A stretch of DNA of 37,478 bases. Source: a virus. Its lineage: Duplodnaviria; Caudoviricetes. The position numbers and the translations under genes are program-made. Numbering within the stretch: the first letter of the stretch is position 1; every line of letters starts with the position of its first letter. Shown here one piece after another: positions 37,090 to 37,478 of the stretch. The stretch spans positions 1-37,478 of the IMG/VR virus record IMGVR_UViG_3300008085_000011, one strand, 5' to 3'. The notes under the pieces were generated by a model. The model ran no database searches, was not told where the DNA came from, and saw only the letters and a list, made by a program, of their open reading frames with translations.

Positions 37090-37478
37090 CGGCCTCTGTT
37101 TTCTCTGAAAAGTTTATTGTGATTTCTTGATCAATTTTCTGAGTAATGTCATGCTCAACACTCTCACGCCAACCAAATCTGTTTTTCATGTTAAAAATCC
37201 AAACTGAGGCATTACCCCTTGAAACTGATTCACCTTTTTCAAGGTAAATATCACGCATCAGGTCATTGCCTTTTTGCTCCCAAAATATGCGTGAAAGTTC
37301 AACGCCCCGCTTTAAGGCGTCAGAAAAATGACAGTTTGACTTTTCCCATTGATTCATTGTTTCACGAGTGATCCCAAGAAATCCCGCCATTGCTTCTTTT
37401 GAAAAACCTTGTGCCATCTTGTCAAGGATAGCATCAATCATCCAATCCTCATATTTTGTTGGCCTGCCAACACTGCGC
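37079..37478 (-). CDS. terS: Terminase small subunit, 3' part
   Basis: HTH GITRETMNQWEK, FSDALKRG and IFNMKNRFGWR; overlaps the terL start; continues from 254 across the join. Confidence 0.88.
   Translation of the reverse strand, partial: RSVGRPTKYEDWMIDAILDKMAQGFSKEAMAGFLGITRETMNQWEKSNCHFSDALKRGVELSRIFWEQKGNDLMRDIYLEKGESVSRGNASVWIFNMKNRFGWRESVEHDITQKIDQEITINFSEKTEADEN
37356..37478. repeat. Terminal direct repeat, copy 2
   Basis: Identical to 1-123. Confidence 0.97.

Noticed and set aside
1-37478. Stop codon reassignment
   Set aside because: Core genes are full length in the standard code; the split genes are frame changes, not in-frame stops.

Overview
The window is an apparently complete, circularly permuted tailed dsDNA phage genome of about 37,355 bp. 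Positions 1-123 are repeated exactly at 37356-37478 and the join falls inside the small terminase gene. Nearly all genes are on the minus strand. The late operon runs terS, terL, portal, two morphogenesis-like paralogs, scaffold, major capsid, a block of unknown virion-like genes, head-tail proteins, tail tube, a tail chaperone with a -1 frameshift site, tape measure, tail tip/fibres, then holin/spanin-like genes. The early operon runs Cro-like HTH, Sak4-like ATPase, SSB, a split DEDDh exonuclease, amidase, lytic transglycosylase, SF2 helicase, nuclease, primase-helicase, an iteron origin, then an HTH-zinc finger gene. A short plus-strand island carries a metallophosphoesterase. I saw no integrase, DNA polymerase, tail sheath, tRNA, CRISPR array or reverse transcriptase, so this is probably a siphovirus with a diderm host, tentatively Bdellovibrionota. 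The most unusual feature is a half-size AlkB-like (alkane monooxygenase/desaturase family) gene with all nine His positions, coupled into the tail fibre module. Also notable: two wall hydrolases with similar amphipathic N-termini sit in the replication operon while the lysis cassette lacks an endolysin. All calls come from motif reading and gene order; no database search was run.
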